Below are positions 25,148 through 37,514 of a DNA stretch of 64,000 bases, piece after piece. Origin of the DNA: Saprolegnia diclina VS20 (Eukaryota); NCBI RefSeq assembly GCF_000281045.1, contig NW_008246069.1, positions 761,274-825,273 on the forward strand. The letters are read 5' to 3'. The position numbers and the translations under genes were made by a program. Under the pieces are notes generated by a model. That model did no database searches. It was given only the letters and a program-made list of their open reading frames with translations, and was not told the origin of the DNA. Positions within the stretch are counted from its first letter, which is position 1, and each line of letters opens with the position of its first letter.

Positions 25148-25487
25148 AGACCTTCTCGTACATCGTGCATGCTGCTAACGTCGACCAGTATTTTCTGCGT
25201 ACCTTCCATGCACTGCAGCGTCCCACTCTCCTCCTCGCCACACTGCGCGACTATGCAAATATACGTGGCGCAGCGGCCATGCACCCAAGCTCGCCGCCAA
25301 CCGAGGCCGTCCCATGATGCCAAGGCCGTCCCGCGCTTGCGCCGATGGAACCAGGCGTTGCACATGCTCGGATCGTCCGGATAGCATGCATGGCACTCGT
25401 ATCCGGACTGATGGCTCAACCTTTTGGGAAGAAAAGAAGGCTGCGGGTGGATTGTCACCTTTCTTCCGCAACCGACGGGACAGCACC

Positions 25488-28107
25488 ATGGGCACGACGT
25501 CGTCGACAGCCAAGAAGCGCGGGACGAAGGGCCAACCTCCGATGGCCGCTTCCACTGCGCCACCTTCGCAGCTGCAGTCGCCTGCGGCCAAGCCACCTGC
25601 ATCGCCTGCGGCTAAGCCGCCTACACCGCAAGCTGCTGGTCGTGGCAGCGACGCAGATTCGGAAACGTCCACGCTGACAGACGACGAAGTCTTCTCGAGC
25701 AGCCAATGGAAGGTATATGGCGATGCTGGTGCGCTCATTGAATTGAGCAATGATTAGCTCTTCAACGATCTTGAGAATAGAGAAGAGGCCGATGTGGTAT
25801 GTCCATAGCAGCCAAATTGGATATCCCTTAGCCTGTCATGGATAGGTCGAGCTGTCATCGTTCCTGCGAGCCCTGCATGAATACATGCCAGGCGTCAATG
25901 ACAGCGACGCCGACTTGGGCGCTCCTCCGGATGAGGTGCCCAACCTTTCGTTCGGTCTCTCGACGCAGCCGGCCTCCAAGATCGATATTACGGAGCTCTA
26001 CGAGGGCGTGCGATTGCATGACCCCATCACTCGCGAAGTAGACCCTGTGCGTGATGATGCCGGCGTTACCACACAGCGTAGGACGCTGTCGCGCTCGTCG
26101 AGAGCTTCAAGCGCGGCCAGAAGCTGCACAAGACGTACGTGCTGCAGATCCTCCACACAGTGCTCGAGCGACTCCAGCGCAAGCCGAACGTGACACACCT
26201 CTCGATTGCGCCCGCGCCCCACATGACCATTATCGGGTGAGTCCGCGTGACGAGTCCAAGCATCTCACATCGCGTGGTTAGCGACTTGCATGGGCAGCTT
26301 GACGACCTCATGTTGATCCTGCGCGAGAATGGATACCCGTCGCCCGAGAACCCGTATGTGTTCAACGGCGACATCGTGGACCGCGGCAATCGGTCCGTCG
26401 AGGTCTCACTCATCATCCTCATTTGGATGGTCGTCTACCCGGATGCTGTGCACATCAACCGCGGCAATCACGAAGACAAGTCGGAGGCTCATCTTATCGT
26501 CGTCATTCTCAACTCTCTCGTCGTCGTAGGTCCATCACGGAGGTGTTTGGCTTCATGAAGGTATTTTGTCGGCGAAAGATGGCTTCCTGAGCAACGTCCG
26601 CTTAGGAATGCGTCGCCAAGTACGACCAGGAAGTCTACTCGTTGTATTGCGTCGTCTTCAAGTGGTTGCCGGTTCGGCTTTGTGTCGTGTCGAATACGGC
26701 TCATCCGTCGCGTAGCTCGCAACTGTGCTCGACAAGCGCATTTTGATCTTGCATGGCGGTATCACTCGCGAGGGCATCACGCTCGATGAGATGCAGACGC
26801 TGCCGCGCCAGTACTATGACCTCGGCAAGTACCGCGACGTGGGTCGCACGAAGGAAGACAAGAAGATGTTCAAGCACATGCGCAAGGTCAAGGACATCCT
26901 TTGGAGTGACCCCGCGACAGCACCCGGCTGGAAGGAAAATGCCCGTGGCGCTGGTGCGATTTGTATTGTTGTTTCTCGTTAGTCTGAAGAACTTTATGTG
27001 TTTAGGCATCAACTATGGCCCCGACCACGTGTACAAATTTATGGTCAAAAACCGCCTCGAGCTCATCATTCGGTCGCACGAGTGCGTCCCAAAGGGGTTT
27101 GACTGGCCGTACGCCGCCAAAGGTAAATTCTTGCCTTGATGGAGCGCTATGCGACGGATGCTGTACAGGGATGCTCGTCACGCTCTTCTCTGCGAGCAAC
27201 TACTGCGGCGCTGCCAACAACATGGGCTGCTTCATGCGCATTCCGCAGTCGATGAACGCCAAGCCGTCGTTCTTCCAGTACATGGCCACGGCGTCCGAGA
27301 CGGACATTGTCGCCTCCAACCTCGAGGGTCTTTTCGGCGTTATCATCACGCACCGCGACGAACTGCTCAAGCGGTTCCAGGACGCGGACCCAGCGAAGAC
27401 GGCGTTGGTGCCGCTCTCGACGTGGATGCAGGTCATGGAGGACGAGCTGCACATGAAGCTCAACTGGCAAGCGATTCGACCGCTGCTCACATCGATGGAC
27501 GCCAACTCGATGATCAACTACGAGCAGTTCCTCGACCGGTACCAGACGGCTGGCCAGACCAAACCCGACGAAGTCGCCTCGGTACGCCGCATTCGCGTCT
27601 GCGCCTTCGCTCACTTGCATTAGGACGACCGTCGTGGCATGTTCAACAACATGTATCGCTACCGCAAGCGGCTCGAAGCCCTCTTCCAGGTCTTTGACAA
27701 GGACGGCAACGGCACGATCAGCCTGGACGAGTTCAAGGCGGGCATCGACATCCTCAACGCGCACCTGCCGCCCAACGTCAAGCCCTTCACGAAGGCCGAA
27801 GAGCTCATGCGGTCGGTCGACTTTAGCCACGACAACGAGATCAACATCAACGAGTTTATGGAGTGCTTTCGCATCCACGCCAACCTCACGGTATCTGAAA
27901 CCTTGGGACGCCTATTGTCTACTCACGAGCATTGCACAGGTCCAAGCCAAGTGGCGTCGCGCGCGCACCAAGCTCAAGGCGTTGCACGCGCTCGGCATGC
28001 TCAAGGTCGTGGCCGATTCGCCCATTGTGACGGCCTCGGAGGTGCAGATGGACGACATCGACGTGCGCATGTCGTACACGTCGGACGACGAAGACGCCAC
28101 GACATGA
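25488..28107 (+). CDS. PPEF: PPEF/RdgC-type Ser/Thr phosphatase with EF-hands, paralog 2 (tandem duplicate)
   Basis: GDLHGQ, GDIVDRG, RGNHE, WSDP, RSHE, FSASNY; DKDGNGTISLDE; shares the LFNDLENREEADV mini-exon with paralog 1. Confidence 0.92.
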
Positions 28108-28173
28108 AGCACTGTTTTCTGCATGTACATTGGGCAACATGTTTGGACTCAACACGCGTTTGTATCTTGAGTC

Positions 28174-29591
28174 TTAACATCTCGCGGGCGGCTCGAGGAC
28201 ATATGCTTCCCAGCGCAAGAGCACGGCGAGGAGCTCAACGAGCGCCGGCTTGGCGTACGACACCATTGCGTTGTCCTGGAACCCTCGACAGCGCACGTGG
28301 CACGCGCCGTTCGGCGCCGGCGACAGTGTGAGCCTACACCACCATATAACGCTGCGAGAAAAGACCTTTCGTACTCGACGCATTCGTGGAGCCAAGCTTC
28401 CGAGTCGCCAAGGGCCGTGTCCGTAATCGGGTTGTCCATGGTCTTGACCGAGAACGTAACCCGTCCATCCTACGCGAAGAAAACAGTGTCAGGTTCCGGG
28501 ACGCGTTGATTCTCGTACGGCTTGTGAGGCCCGGAGCACAAGCAGAGTCGTATAGTGCACGCGCTGGGTTTTGGCGTGCGGGAAGAGCAAATCCCGTCGA
28601 CACACGAATGCGTCTTCATTGACGATTTGAAGCACCTAACAACAGCTCTGAAGTACGATACGATATCGTCAAGAATATACCTCGAGCTTGCGCAGATATG
28701 GCAGGAGACGTTCACACGCTGCCTTTTCTTGGTAGAGGCGCCAGGTCTTGTCGGCGATGGTCTGCAGCGTTGTGCCCGACGGGAGCGATAGGATCTTGGA
28801 CGAGACCCATGAAGCACGAGCCGGTACGGAGCTCGTTTGCTGGTGCGGAGCGCTCGGCGGCGGAAAGTCTGTGCGCCGAAAGTCATCCCAGCCTTGAAAG
28901 CGCTGGGGCGCGTCGGTGGCGAGGGCCAAGCTCGCGCACTCCGAGAGCGTTTTCTGGCGGAGGCACTCGAACTGGACGGGCGAGAGTGCGTGGAACACGA
29001 CAAAGTCGCAGAGCGCGGCGAGCACGATGTTTTCTTTTTCCCACTTTTCGACGGCCGCGATCGACGACTGCACCGAGTTGGCAAACCCGACGTGTTTTTC
29101 GATCGCGAGCTTGAGGTTCCGGTTCTCTTCGCGCAGCCGGTCGGCCTCTGCAAACAGGCGCAGGTACGCGGTCTTGCGGTCTGTGGCGTTTGAGACGAGC
29201 GCGACCGAGGACGAAGCCTGCAGCCGCTTCACGGTCGCCTCGAGCTCCTGCACCTGCACCTGCAGCGCCTCCATATCGCGTTTCTTCTTGGCGCGGGACT
29301 TGCGCGAAATGATGCGGTGCTTTAGCCGCCGGATCGCCTGCACATCTTGGACTTGACTTCGCATTTGTCGCTCCATCTCCATTTCAAGGTCCGCGCCGTC
29401 GTCATCGCTGCTCGAGGCGCCGTCGTCCGAGCCGTCGTCGGGCCGTGCTCGCTTCTTGGACGGCTCCTACGTCGTCGATGCATGGACCATCCGAAGGGTG
29501 AGGTCGGTGATACCTCCATGCCCAGGATCCCCTGGTCCATGCTAAAGATCGTCTCAATGTCCTCGTCGTTCGGGATCCATTCCTCCTCCAT
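28174..29591 (-). CDS. bZIP transcription factor, multi-exon
   Basis: Basic region RRLKHRIISRKSRAKKK followed by heptad zipper (L-QVQVQE-L-EATVKR-L). Confidence 0.75.
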
Positions 29592-29950
29592 CGCGCTCCC
29601 AGAACACCCAACACGCGAGAGTGGTGTGCTTCAGCGAATTCAGGGGACCCGAATTTGCACTTTGGGTAGGGGGACTATGCAAAAATAACAACGTCAACGA
29701 ACGTGTCTGCATGCGTGTCCGCGTTGCCAACGCCGGTTCTTGTCGATAGGATAGTAATACTGGTAGGATAAGAGTATACGAAGACAGCGAGACGTCGTCT
29801 CTCGCGCAAGCAGTCGACCAAATGGACGTCGTGCATCATGCAGCAATGACTGTGGCCGACATGTTGTTGGTACGATATCCGGAACCATATCCGGAAGTCT
29901 CTATTTTTAGCCCGACGTCCCAATCGGCGCCAGTCGGAAATCGTTTCGCG

Positions 29951-30945
29951 ATGGACCGGCGGCGGGCCGAGACAAAAGCGCCGGCAAAGAAGGTCCCGGG
30001 CAAAGCCAAGCCCGAGACCAAGTCGTCCAATAAGGAGGATCAGTTTTCTCGGGCGAGCGGCCGGCTCAAGGAGCTTCAGAAGAATACGGTGAGCAGTGCC
30101 AGCCGCGTCAAAGCCGCCGCTTCCAACCAGAGCGTGGCCCCCAAGTCGCCCCCCAAGAGCACCAATGCCTACAAGGCGCGACCGATTGAGAAGACCAAGT
30201 TTCGCTACTTTTGTACGACCACGATCCTTGATAGACCTTGCTGACAAGACCCGTATAGACGACCGGGGCGATCTCCCGCTGCGCATCAACTTCAATGGGG
30301 CCGTGCGCAAGGTGCAATGGTGCGTCAGCAAGGCTACGTCATTGAGTATGAGCGACCTCTCGACTAGGCAAGTGGACATTACAACGCTTGACTACACGCA
30401 CTACCTCCCGCTCTTCATCGAGGGCCTCCGCGAGCTCGACGAGCCTTACAAGTTTTTGGCGCTCAACGGCACGCTCGACTTGCTAGAGAAAGGCGGAGAC
30501 CGGTCGCTCACGTCCATTCCGCACTTGATTCTGCCCATGAAGCAGAATCTCATGACGCGCCAGCCACAGATACTCTGTACGCAGATGAAGGTGCTTCAGA
30601 AGCTCGTGCTGCTCTGTCCCTACGCTGGCGAAGCTCTTGTGCCCTACTACCGGCAACTCTTGACGATTTTCAACCTCTTCATCACCAAGCGCGGTACGAT
30701 ACAAAATGCATAGTTCGCGACAAGAAAGATGCGGTGTAGTCAACTGCGGTGACGCGATCGACTATGGCCAGCAGCGCAACGATAATCTCGGCGACCTCAT
30801 CACCGAGACTTTGTACATACTGGAGCGCCACGGCGGTGAGGACGCCTTCGTCAACATCAAGTGAGCTTTGTTGCTCAAGAGCATCGCGGCTCTACTTTTT
30901 GTGTGTAGGTACATGATCCCTACGTATGAAAGCTGCGTCATTTAG
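29951..30945 (+). CDS. PACRG: Parkin co-regulated gene protein (axonemal PACRG family), multi-exon
   Basis: [56 protein letters not shown]. Confidence 0.93.
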
Positions 30946-31136
30946 TACAGCCTACGATAGTGCAGCCGTGCACCAAGGGTCAATAAACAGTTTATCGACC
31001 CTTGCGTGCACGTAGCGTGTATTAGCCGCAAATAGCATAAATTACTTAACCCAAAAAATGCCCAACGCCTTAACACACTTTCTGAGATCAATCATTCTGG
31101 ATTTTGGATATCGCGAAACGCTCTGAGCCCTGTGGC

Positions 31137-32754
31137 ATGGGGGCGCGCCGACCGCGAAAGCCGCTGCACCTGGACGTGCACGACGGCAAACACGACGACG
31201 ACGACTCCGTGCACGAGGAGAAGGATGAGCTCGAGATCTCTTGCGACATTGGCGAAACTACGTTTCGGAAAGGGTCGCTCTCGATCAACATATCCTTTTC
31301 GTCGACTTTGGTCTTCTTGCCGCCGAATGACTATTTTCCTGAGCCAGCGCCAGCACAGAGACGGCGTTCGCATGGATCTACGCGACGACACGTCACCGAC
31401 CTTCAAGGTACGTCAGTCGAGCTACAGTCACATCCAATTTAGGTGTCGTAGGTGAGCGGTGTCGAGCACCACCGGCTTGTACACGTCAGTCTCTTGGGTC
31501 GCGGATGCAGCGGCAACGTTATCAAGGCGCACGATCCCGAGACCAATACTTTCTATGCAATCAAGGTACAGAAGTTCTCCTTCGAGGCGTGTTGAGCGCT
31601 ACGTCAGACTGTCAACAACGTCTACGACAAAAGCCAGCGCAATCAGATATTCACAGAGATCCAAACTCTGTACAGTCTCAAGACTCCATGGTGGTCGTTC
31701 GCGATGTCACCGTGTCTCATATACGTCTAGGCTCGTGGATTTTTACGGCGCATACTTTAAGGACCACGCTTTGAGTTTGATTTTGCAGTTTTGCGACTGT
31801 GGATCCCTCGACAACGTCGTCAAAAAGGTCAGAGCGTCGTCTGACGTGGGTCGAACAAACCTATTTTTCAGATTGGCCGCATTCCCGAGGCCATTCTAGC
31901 TTGCATGACGTTCCAAATCCTTTGTGGTCTACAGCATCTAAAGGAACATCGCCACTTCCACCGCGTAGAGCCCCCTTACTCGAACGTGCAGCCTCATACG
32001 CCGCTAACCTAGGACGTCAAGCCCCAAAACATCCTCGTGACGAGCGACGGCCACGTGAAGCTGACGGATTTCGGTCTACCTGGCAATACATCCATCGTTA
32101 TGACGCAGACTAGGCCTCGCGCGCGAGTTATCGGGCACATTCGACATGGCAAACACGTTTGTGGGCACGTTCAAGTACATGTCCCCCGAGCGCATCCAAA
32201 ACCAGCCTTACGAGTGACTTTTTCTCTGCTATTGTAACCTGCTCTCATGTTCAAATGTGTCGTAGCTACACGTGCGACATCTGGAGCTTAGGCCTCGTTC
32301 TTGTCGAGTCGGCAACGGGACGCTACCCGTTTGAAAACTGTTCGAGCTATATTGACGTACGAGACACCAACTTCTTTGCTTTGCGTAAAGGATAGTCTTG
32401 TAGATTGTGCAGTCAATCATTGAAGCCACGACGCCTTCGTTGCCCCCGGACGGTACCCCCTCAAACACGAGTCAACGCCAACGCGACACAACCGTAGAAT
32501 TTTCTGAAGAATTCCGCGAGTTTATAGATGGCTGCTTGCACCGAGACGTAAGGCGGCTCGAGAATCGCGGGTCGTTATACCTGCTTAGATTCGCCACCGC
32601 GCGTCGGCCGACGAGCTGCTCTACTCGCCTTGGCTTGAGAAGCACGACGCGACGGGTATTGCACAACTTTGCTTCTGGCTCGTCACGCCATTCGTTCGTA
32701 GACGGCCCGACTTGCATTGCGACAGTTCGCGCGTGGCTCGACCGAAACATGTAG
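31137..32754 (+). CDS. MAP kinase kinase (STE7 family), many small introns
   Basis: GRGCSG, YAIK, DCGSL, HRDVKPQN, DFG, TFDMANTFVGTFKYMSPERI, DIWSLG. Confidence 0.9.
31290..31356 (+). other. U12-type (minor spliceosome) AT-AC intron, 67 nt
   Basis: 5' ATATCCTTTT; branch-like TTTTCCTGAG ~14 nt before a terminal CAC; removal restores the frame SLSIN|RDGVRMDLRDD. Confidence 0.8.
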
Positions 32755-32787
32755 TTGCAGCCACACAAAGAAATACAATTGTATAGC

Positions 32788-35094
32788 CTAATCGACGAGT
32801 TTGTAATCGAGATGGATGCTATCGTCCATGACGGGGCTGCGGCCGCGCATCGTCAGGAGCGCAAGGAGCGTTGCGAGCAGCACGACGCCGCCGGCCACAT
32901 AAAGGGTCATGTCACGCCTACAGATAATCTGTATTTCACAATTTGTATGCCAGGCATACCGTTCGCCACTCGAGACAAGCAGGGCTTTTTCGTGCATGCG
33001 GGCTTCACAGGCGCTCATGTCCTCCACGAATCGATCGTATTGAATTGCGCCAAGTCCTAGGTGCACGTTGAGCAAAGGAAGCGCTTGCGACGCACCAGTG
33101 AGCGGATCCCACCCAGCCGCCGCCGAGAAGCCAGAGTCGCAGCATACTTGGCCATGGCCGCCGCATTTGTTGTTGCCGACAGAAATGTCCCGAAAGATGT
33201 GCGGGCAGACATCGTAGAGCTAAACGCATCGCGTGTCGTTATCATGGACGCAGATACCAAAGCAGCACCTTGTACAGATACGGGTTGACAAAGCCCAGCA
33301 ACGGTAGGTTGCGCTGCAGACGGTCTTTGTTGACTTGATTGAGGACGGCAGCAACGATGGGCGCCGACGCCGACGTGCCGTCCGTCCATTCGATCATATT
33401 GCCGACAACGATCGGGACGTTGTGCCCAATGGCGACGACTAGCCAACATCGGACGTTAGACGAATCGGGTTTTGCGTGTGGTACCGTCAGGGAAGACGCG
33501 CCCGTCGCTATTGTATTTTCCTTTGCTTTTTTCTGCATCGAAAGCCTCTTTCTGGCGAAGGTTGTAGGCTTGAACAACGTTGTCCTGGGCCATTTTGCAA
33601 TCAAATGGCGTCGTATGGAGGCGAGCTATGTCACTTGTACCTGATACGAGGGTCGGGAGGCGTACCAGCTGAAGCCGCTTCCAGACGTGATGGCGCCATT
33701 CGTATCCGTCGACACAACTTCTTCTTTGTAATGTTTGCTGTCGCTCTCAACATCTCCCACCAGCTGCGTGCCGCCGACTGAAAGCACATACGGCGACGAC
33801 GCTGGATACCCCGTCTACCGAGGTACATTAGATCAGCGTACGCACGCATGACAACAGCGTCTTCGCACCTCGAAGCGAGCACATGTCGGCCGACCACAAA
33901 ATGAGACGAGCGTGCTCCCGACAACACCGTTGTCCCCACTGGCCACGACAACAGTGGTGCCTCGCAGGCCCGCTTTTATGAACTCGGCATCCAACGCTGC
34001 AATGTATGCCGGTGGCACCGCGCACTCGTCGTCAGCATAACTAGTCGCACAACCATCGTACGGTAAACTTGTGGCTAAGGCGCACCTGATCGACACCACG
34101 GACGGTGCTGGCTCCATGGCGTTGATGTCGTGCATGAACGTGACAAAGGGCTGGAAACTTGATCACATATATGCACTCAAATAAGAACCAGTACCTCTTG
34201 GTTGTCGTCGCCAAACGGTCGCGTCGCATCGCGATACGAGTTGTAGCAAAACACCGACGTCTCGGCATTGGCCGTGAGCCCCATGACGAGCTGCACGTCA
34301 AGCGATGCTTCGCCCGTGGCCGGCGCGTCATCGCCACCGCCGCCAGCGCACTGCACGCTCTTTGGCAGCGCGCTTGAAGCCACGTGGTTCCCTACCAGCC
34401 ACGGTGATGGAAGCCAACAGATGCAAATGACTTTACGTGCATAGTACGCCTGAAGATCCGATGCGCGGTAGGCCTCCTTGAGAAAGGCGCCAACGACGAG
34501 TTGGTTGCGTACGTCCGTGGCAGCGCGGCCTACGGGGAGTCCGTACTGCTGCTGGATGGCGCTGATCGAGATGCCGTCATCGATGCTGGCGGAGGTCAGC
34601 GTCGTCGACTGTCGTCGAAAGGCCGTCGGGAAGTGCTCAAGGCCGTCGATAAGCAGAACGTGGTCCCGAATGGATGCTGGCACGGCGTAGGCACCGAACG
34701 GACGAACGACGCGGCGGTCGCCTCGTCTGTATTCGTGCAGCTCGGTGGCGAAGAGGTCTTCCGCCACCGCGACGGGCAGCGTCACGCGCACGTACTCGCC
34801 GTGGCCGGCCGACGTCGCATTGAAACCATCCAGAAGCGCATCGAGAGCAGCCAAGGCCGCGACGCTTGGCGCAACGAGGTCTCGGAGGTCTGTCGACGAC
34901 ATGTATTGGCCAAAGTAAGGCGAGTGCACGTCCGAGACGGCCGCCAGTTGCGCCGCAAGAGCATCGGGTTGCGCCGGACGGAGAGCGAAGCGTAAATCCA
35001 AGGAGACGCCGCTGCCCGCGCGTCCAAGGCGTGTCCAGCCACCATGATCGAGGGCGGCGACCGTGGTCACCCAGCTGAGCCACAGAGTGCGCAT
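32788..35094 (-). CDS. Sedolisin / tripeptidyl-peptidase I-like S53 protease with C-terminal TM, multi-exon
   Basis: Signal peptide, prodomain (AVSDVHSPYFGQYMS), GEASLDVQ, VASGDNG, DGTSASAP, LGFVNPYLY, GWDPLTGLG. Confidence 0.9.
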
Positions 35095-35751
35095 TCGACT
35101 TTTGGTGAAACGTAGAAACCGCCGTTGAAGACGCCTAGTTTCACACAACCCAATATCGACGAAAAGCCGACGAAAGATTCGACAGCTAACTCTTCTTTCT
35201 TAGGACAGTGCAGTGTGTTATTCAGTCGACAAGGTATGGCGAGTCGCAACTGCGTGTGAGTCTGCTGCAATAGAGCGTCATAGTAGAGTGTTGTGGCGCC
35301 TATGCTTCGAACTGTTAAAGAACGCGAAACAAATCGAGCTAGAGGGTAGATTGGCATTGACTTCTGCAGAGCATGGTAGCGTGGGCGGACCACGCGTTCA
35401 ATCGAGCGTGCCCAGGAGCCCATCCAAGCATCCCGAACTTACTTTCTACAAGGGTCAATAATAGCGTACTACTAGTAGTTAGTACACAACGATTGGGCCG
35501 GCCACCCTGGCGACCACATACGAGCGCACGAGCCGCTAGCGATGCATTGAGCCATTGCCATACTAGTACATGGTGGCGCGTCGGCCGACGAGAACGCAAA
35601 ACAGGAATGTGAATCAAGGCCACTGGAAAGGTATACTCTGTTTCAGAATCCAGTGTTTTGTAAAACTGATCCCGGTGTAGATGCCGGACTTCAAGAATAC
35701 AGTGCAAATAGACAGGCCGGGACATGCACCCACCAGCAGGCACAACCCGAG

Positions 35752-37514
35752 ATGCAACATCGTCGCCGCATCGCCGTGCTACTACTGCTAATAGTATGGA
35801 CAGCGGTCGCCGCCGCGCTTGACGGAAGCCTCGACTCCAAGCTGCCCATCGTCTGCAACGCAACCTTTCCGTGCTACGACTCGATCCGCGAGCGATGCCT
35901 CGCTGGCGACGTCGTCCAGCACGACGGCCGCGGTCGGCCCTTCTGTAGTGCCTTCGCTGCGCGCTGCCAAAACAAAACGCTCTGCTACGACTCGAGTCTT
36001 GCGTGCCCGTGCGGCGGCGATCGACCCTGTCTGTACGATTCGACGGGGGCATGCGAGCCGCAAAGCAGCGCGTGCTCTGCCACGTCGCGTTCAATCTTGT
36101 ATTCGTACTGCGTCAACAACTCGGCGGCCGCGATTTCACTGACGCCGTCGCCGACGTCATGGAGCCCGTCAAGCGTGGTGGGCTTCGATCTGAGCAACTC
36201 GTTCGACAAGGCGGCGAGCTCAGTGTCGACGATGTTTATCATCATGGGTGTTGTCATCGTGCTCATTATCATCGCGGTCGTCATTTGCGCTTGCAAGCGC
36301 AAAGACACATCAATCACGATCCCAGGCCTCTCGGGCCCGACGACGAACGCCGCCGCGTACAACCAGCCCGGTCTTGTGCCAGCGGCGCAGTACCACATGC
36401 AAATACCGACCCAGCAAGCGTACCAGCAAGGACAGCAAGCGTACCAGCAAGGACAGCAAGAATACCAGCAAGCGTCCATGTACCAGCAGCAACAACAAGC
36501 CTACCAACCGCCAACAACGCAGTACATCCCGGTGGTGCAACCCATCTCGTCGCGGTCGCACGCATCGTCGACCAACACGTCGGCCGTGTCGGGTGCGTCT
36601 GCCGACTTTGATGTCTCGGACCTGGACATGTACCGCATCAGCCACGCGCAGCTCGCCATCATCAAGCCGATCGCACAAGGCGCATACGGTGAGGTGCTCC
36701 TCGCGTCGTACCAAGGCATGCGCGTGGCGGTCAAGAAGCTTTTACCCAACGACAACGCGCGCGTCGAGCTGCCAAAGTTCATTGCGGAAATCAAACTTTT
36801 GGCCAAGTACCCGATACCGATACTGATTGGGAATTCTCATCCTTTGTCATTAGGATGGAATCGCCGTACATTGTGCAGTTTATCGGTGCTTCGTGGCTCC
36901 GTCCCAGTGACATTATGCTCGTAACTGAGTTCCTTGAGGCCGGCGACCTCCGCAACTACCTCCAGGGCACCTCGACCGGGTCCGTTCCATGGCACCAAAA
37001 GCTCCAACTGGCCTACGACATCCTCCAGGGCCTCGTGTACCTCCATACACTCGAGCACAAGGTCATTCACCGCGACCTGAAATCCCGCAACGTCCTCTTG
37101 ACCGACGACGTGCACGCCAAGCTGACCGACTTTGGTATTGCCCGCGAAATGGACGACGCGACCATGACGGCGGGTATCGGCACGTACCGGTGGATGGCGC
37201 CCGAGGTGCTCCAGGAAGGTCACTACGCCGAGTCGGCCGACATGTTTTCGTTTGGCGTCATTCTCTCGGAGCTCGACACGCACCAGTTGCCATACGCCGA
37301 CAAGGTCAACAGCAGCGGACGTCCGTACACGGACACGGCCATCATGGCCAAAGTCATGACCGGGGAGCTGCGGCCGTCGTTTTCCGGGAGCTGCCCGCGC
37401 TGGTACCGCGACCTCGGCAGCTGCTGTATGGCGCTCAAGCCCGAGGACCGCCCAACGGCCATGGAAGCCTCGTATACTGTGCAAGTCGAAATGCGCAACT
37501 CATTTCAAAGTTGA
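35752..37514 (+). CDS. Receptor-like TKL kinase 1 (signal peptide, 12-Cys ectodomain, TM, Gln-rich juxtamembrane, kinase); intron 36807-36853
   Basis: AQGAYG, VAVKK, HRDLKSRN, DFG, GIGTYRWMAPE; TM MFIIMGVVIVLIIIAVVICAC. Confidence 0.93.
36412..36474 (+). repeat. 21 bp coding tandem repeat x3 (QQAYQQG)
   Basis: cagcaagcgtaccagcaagga twice plus a degenerate third copy. Confidence 0.9.
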
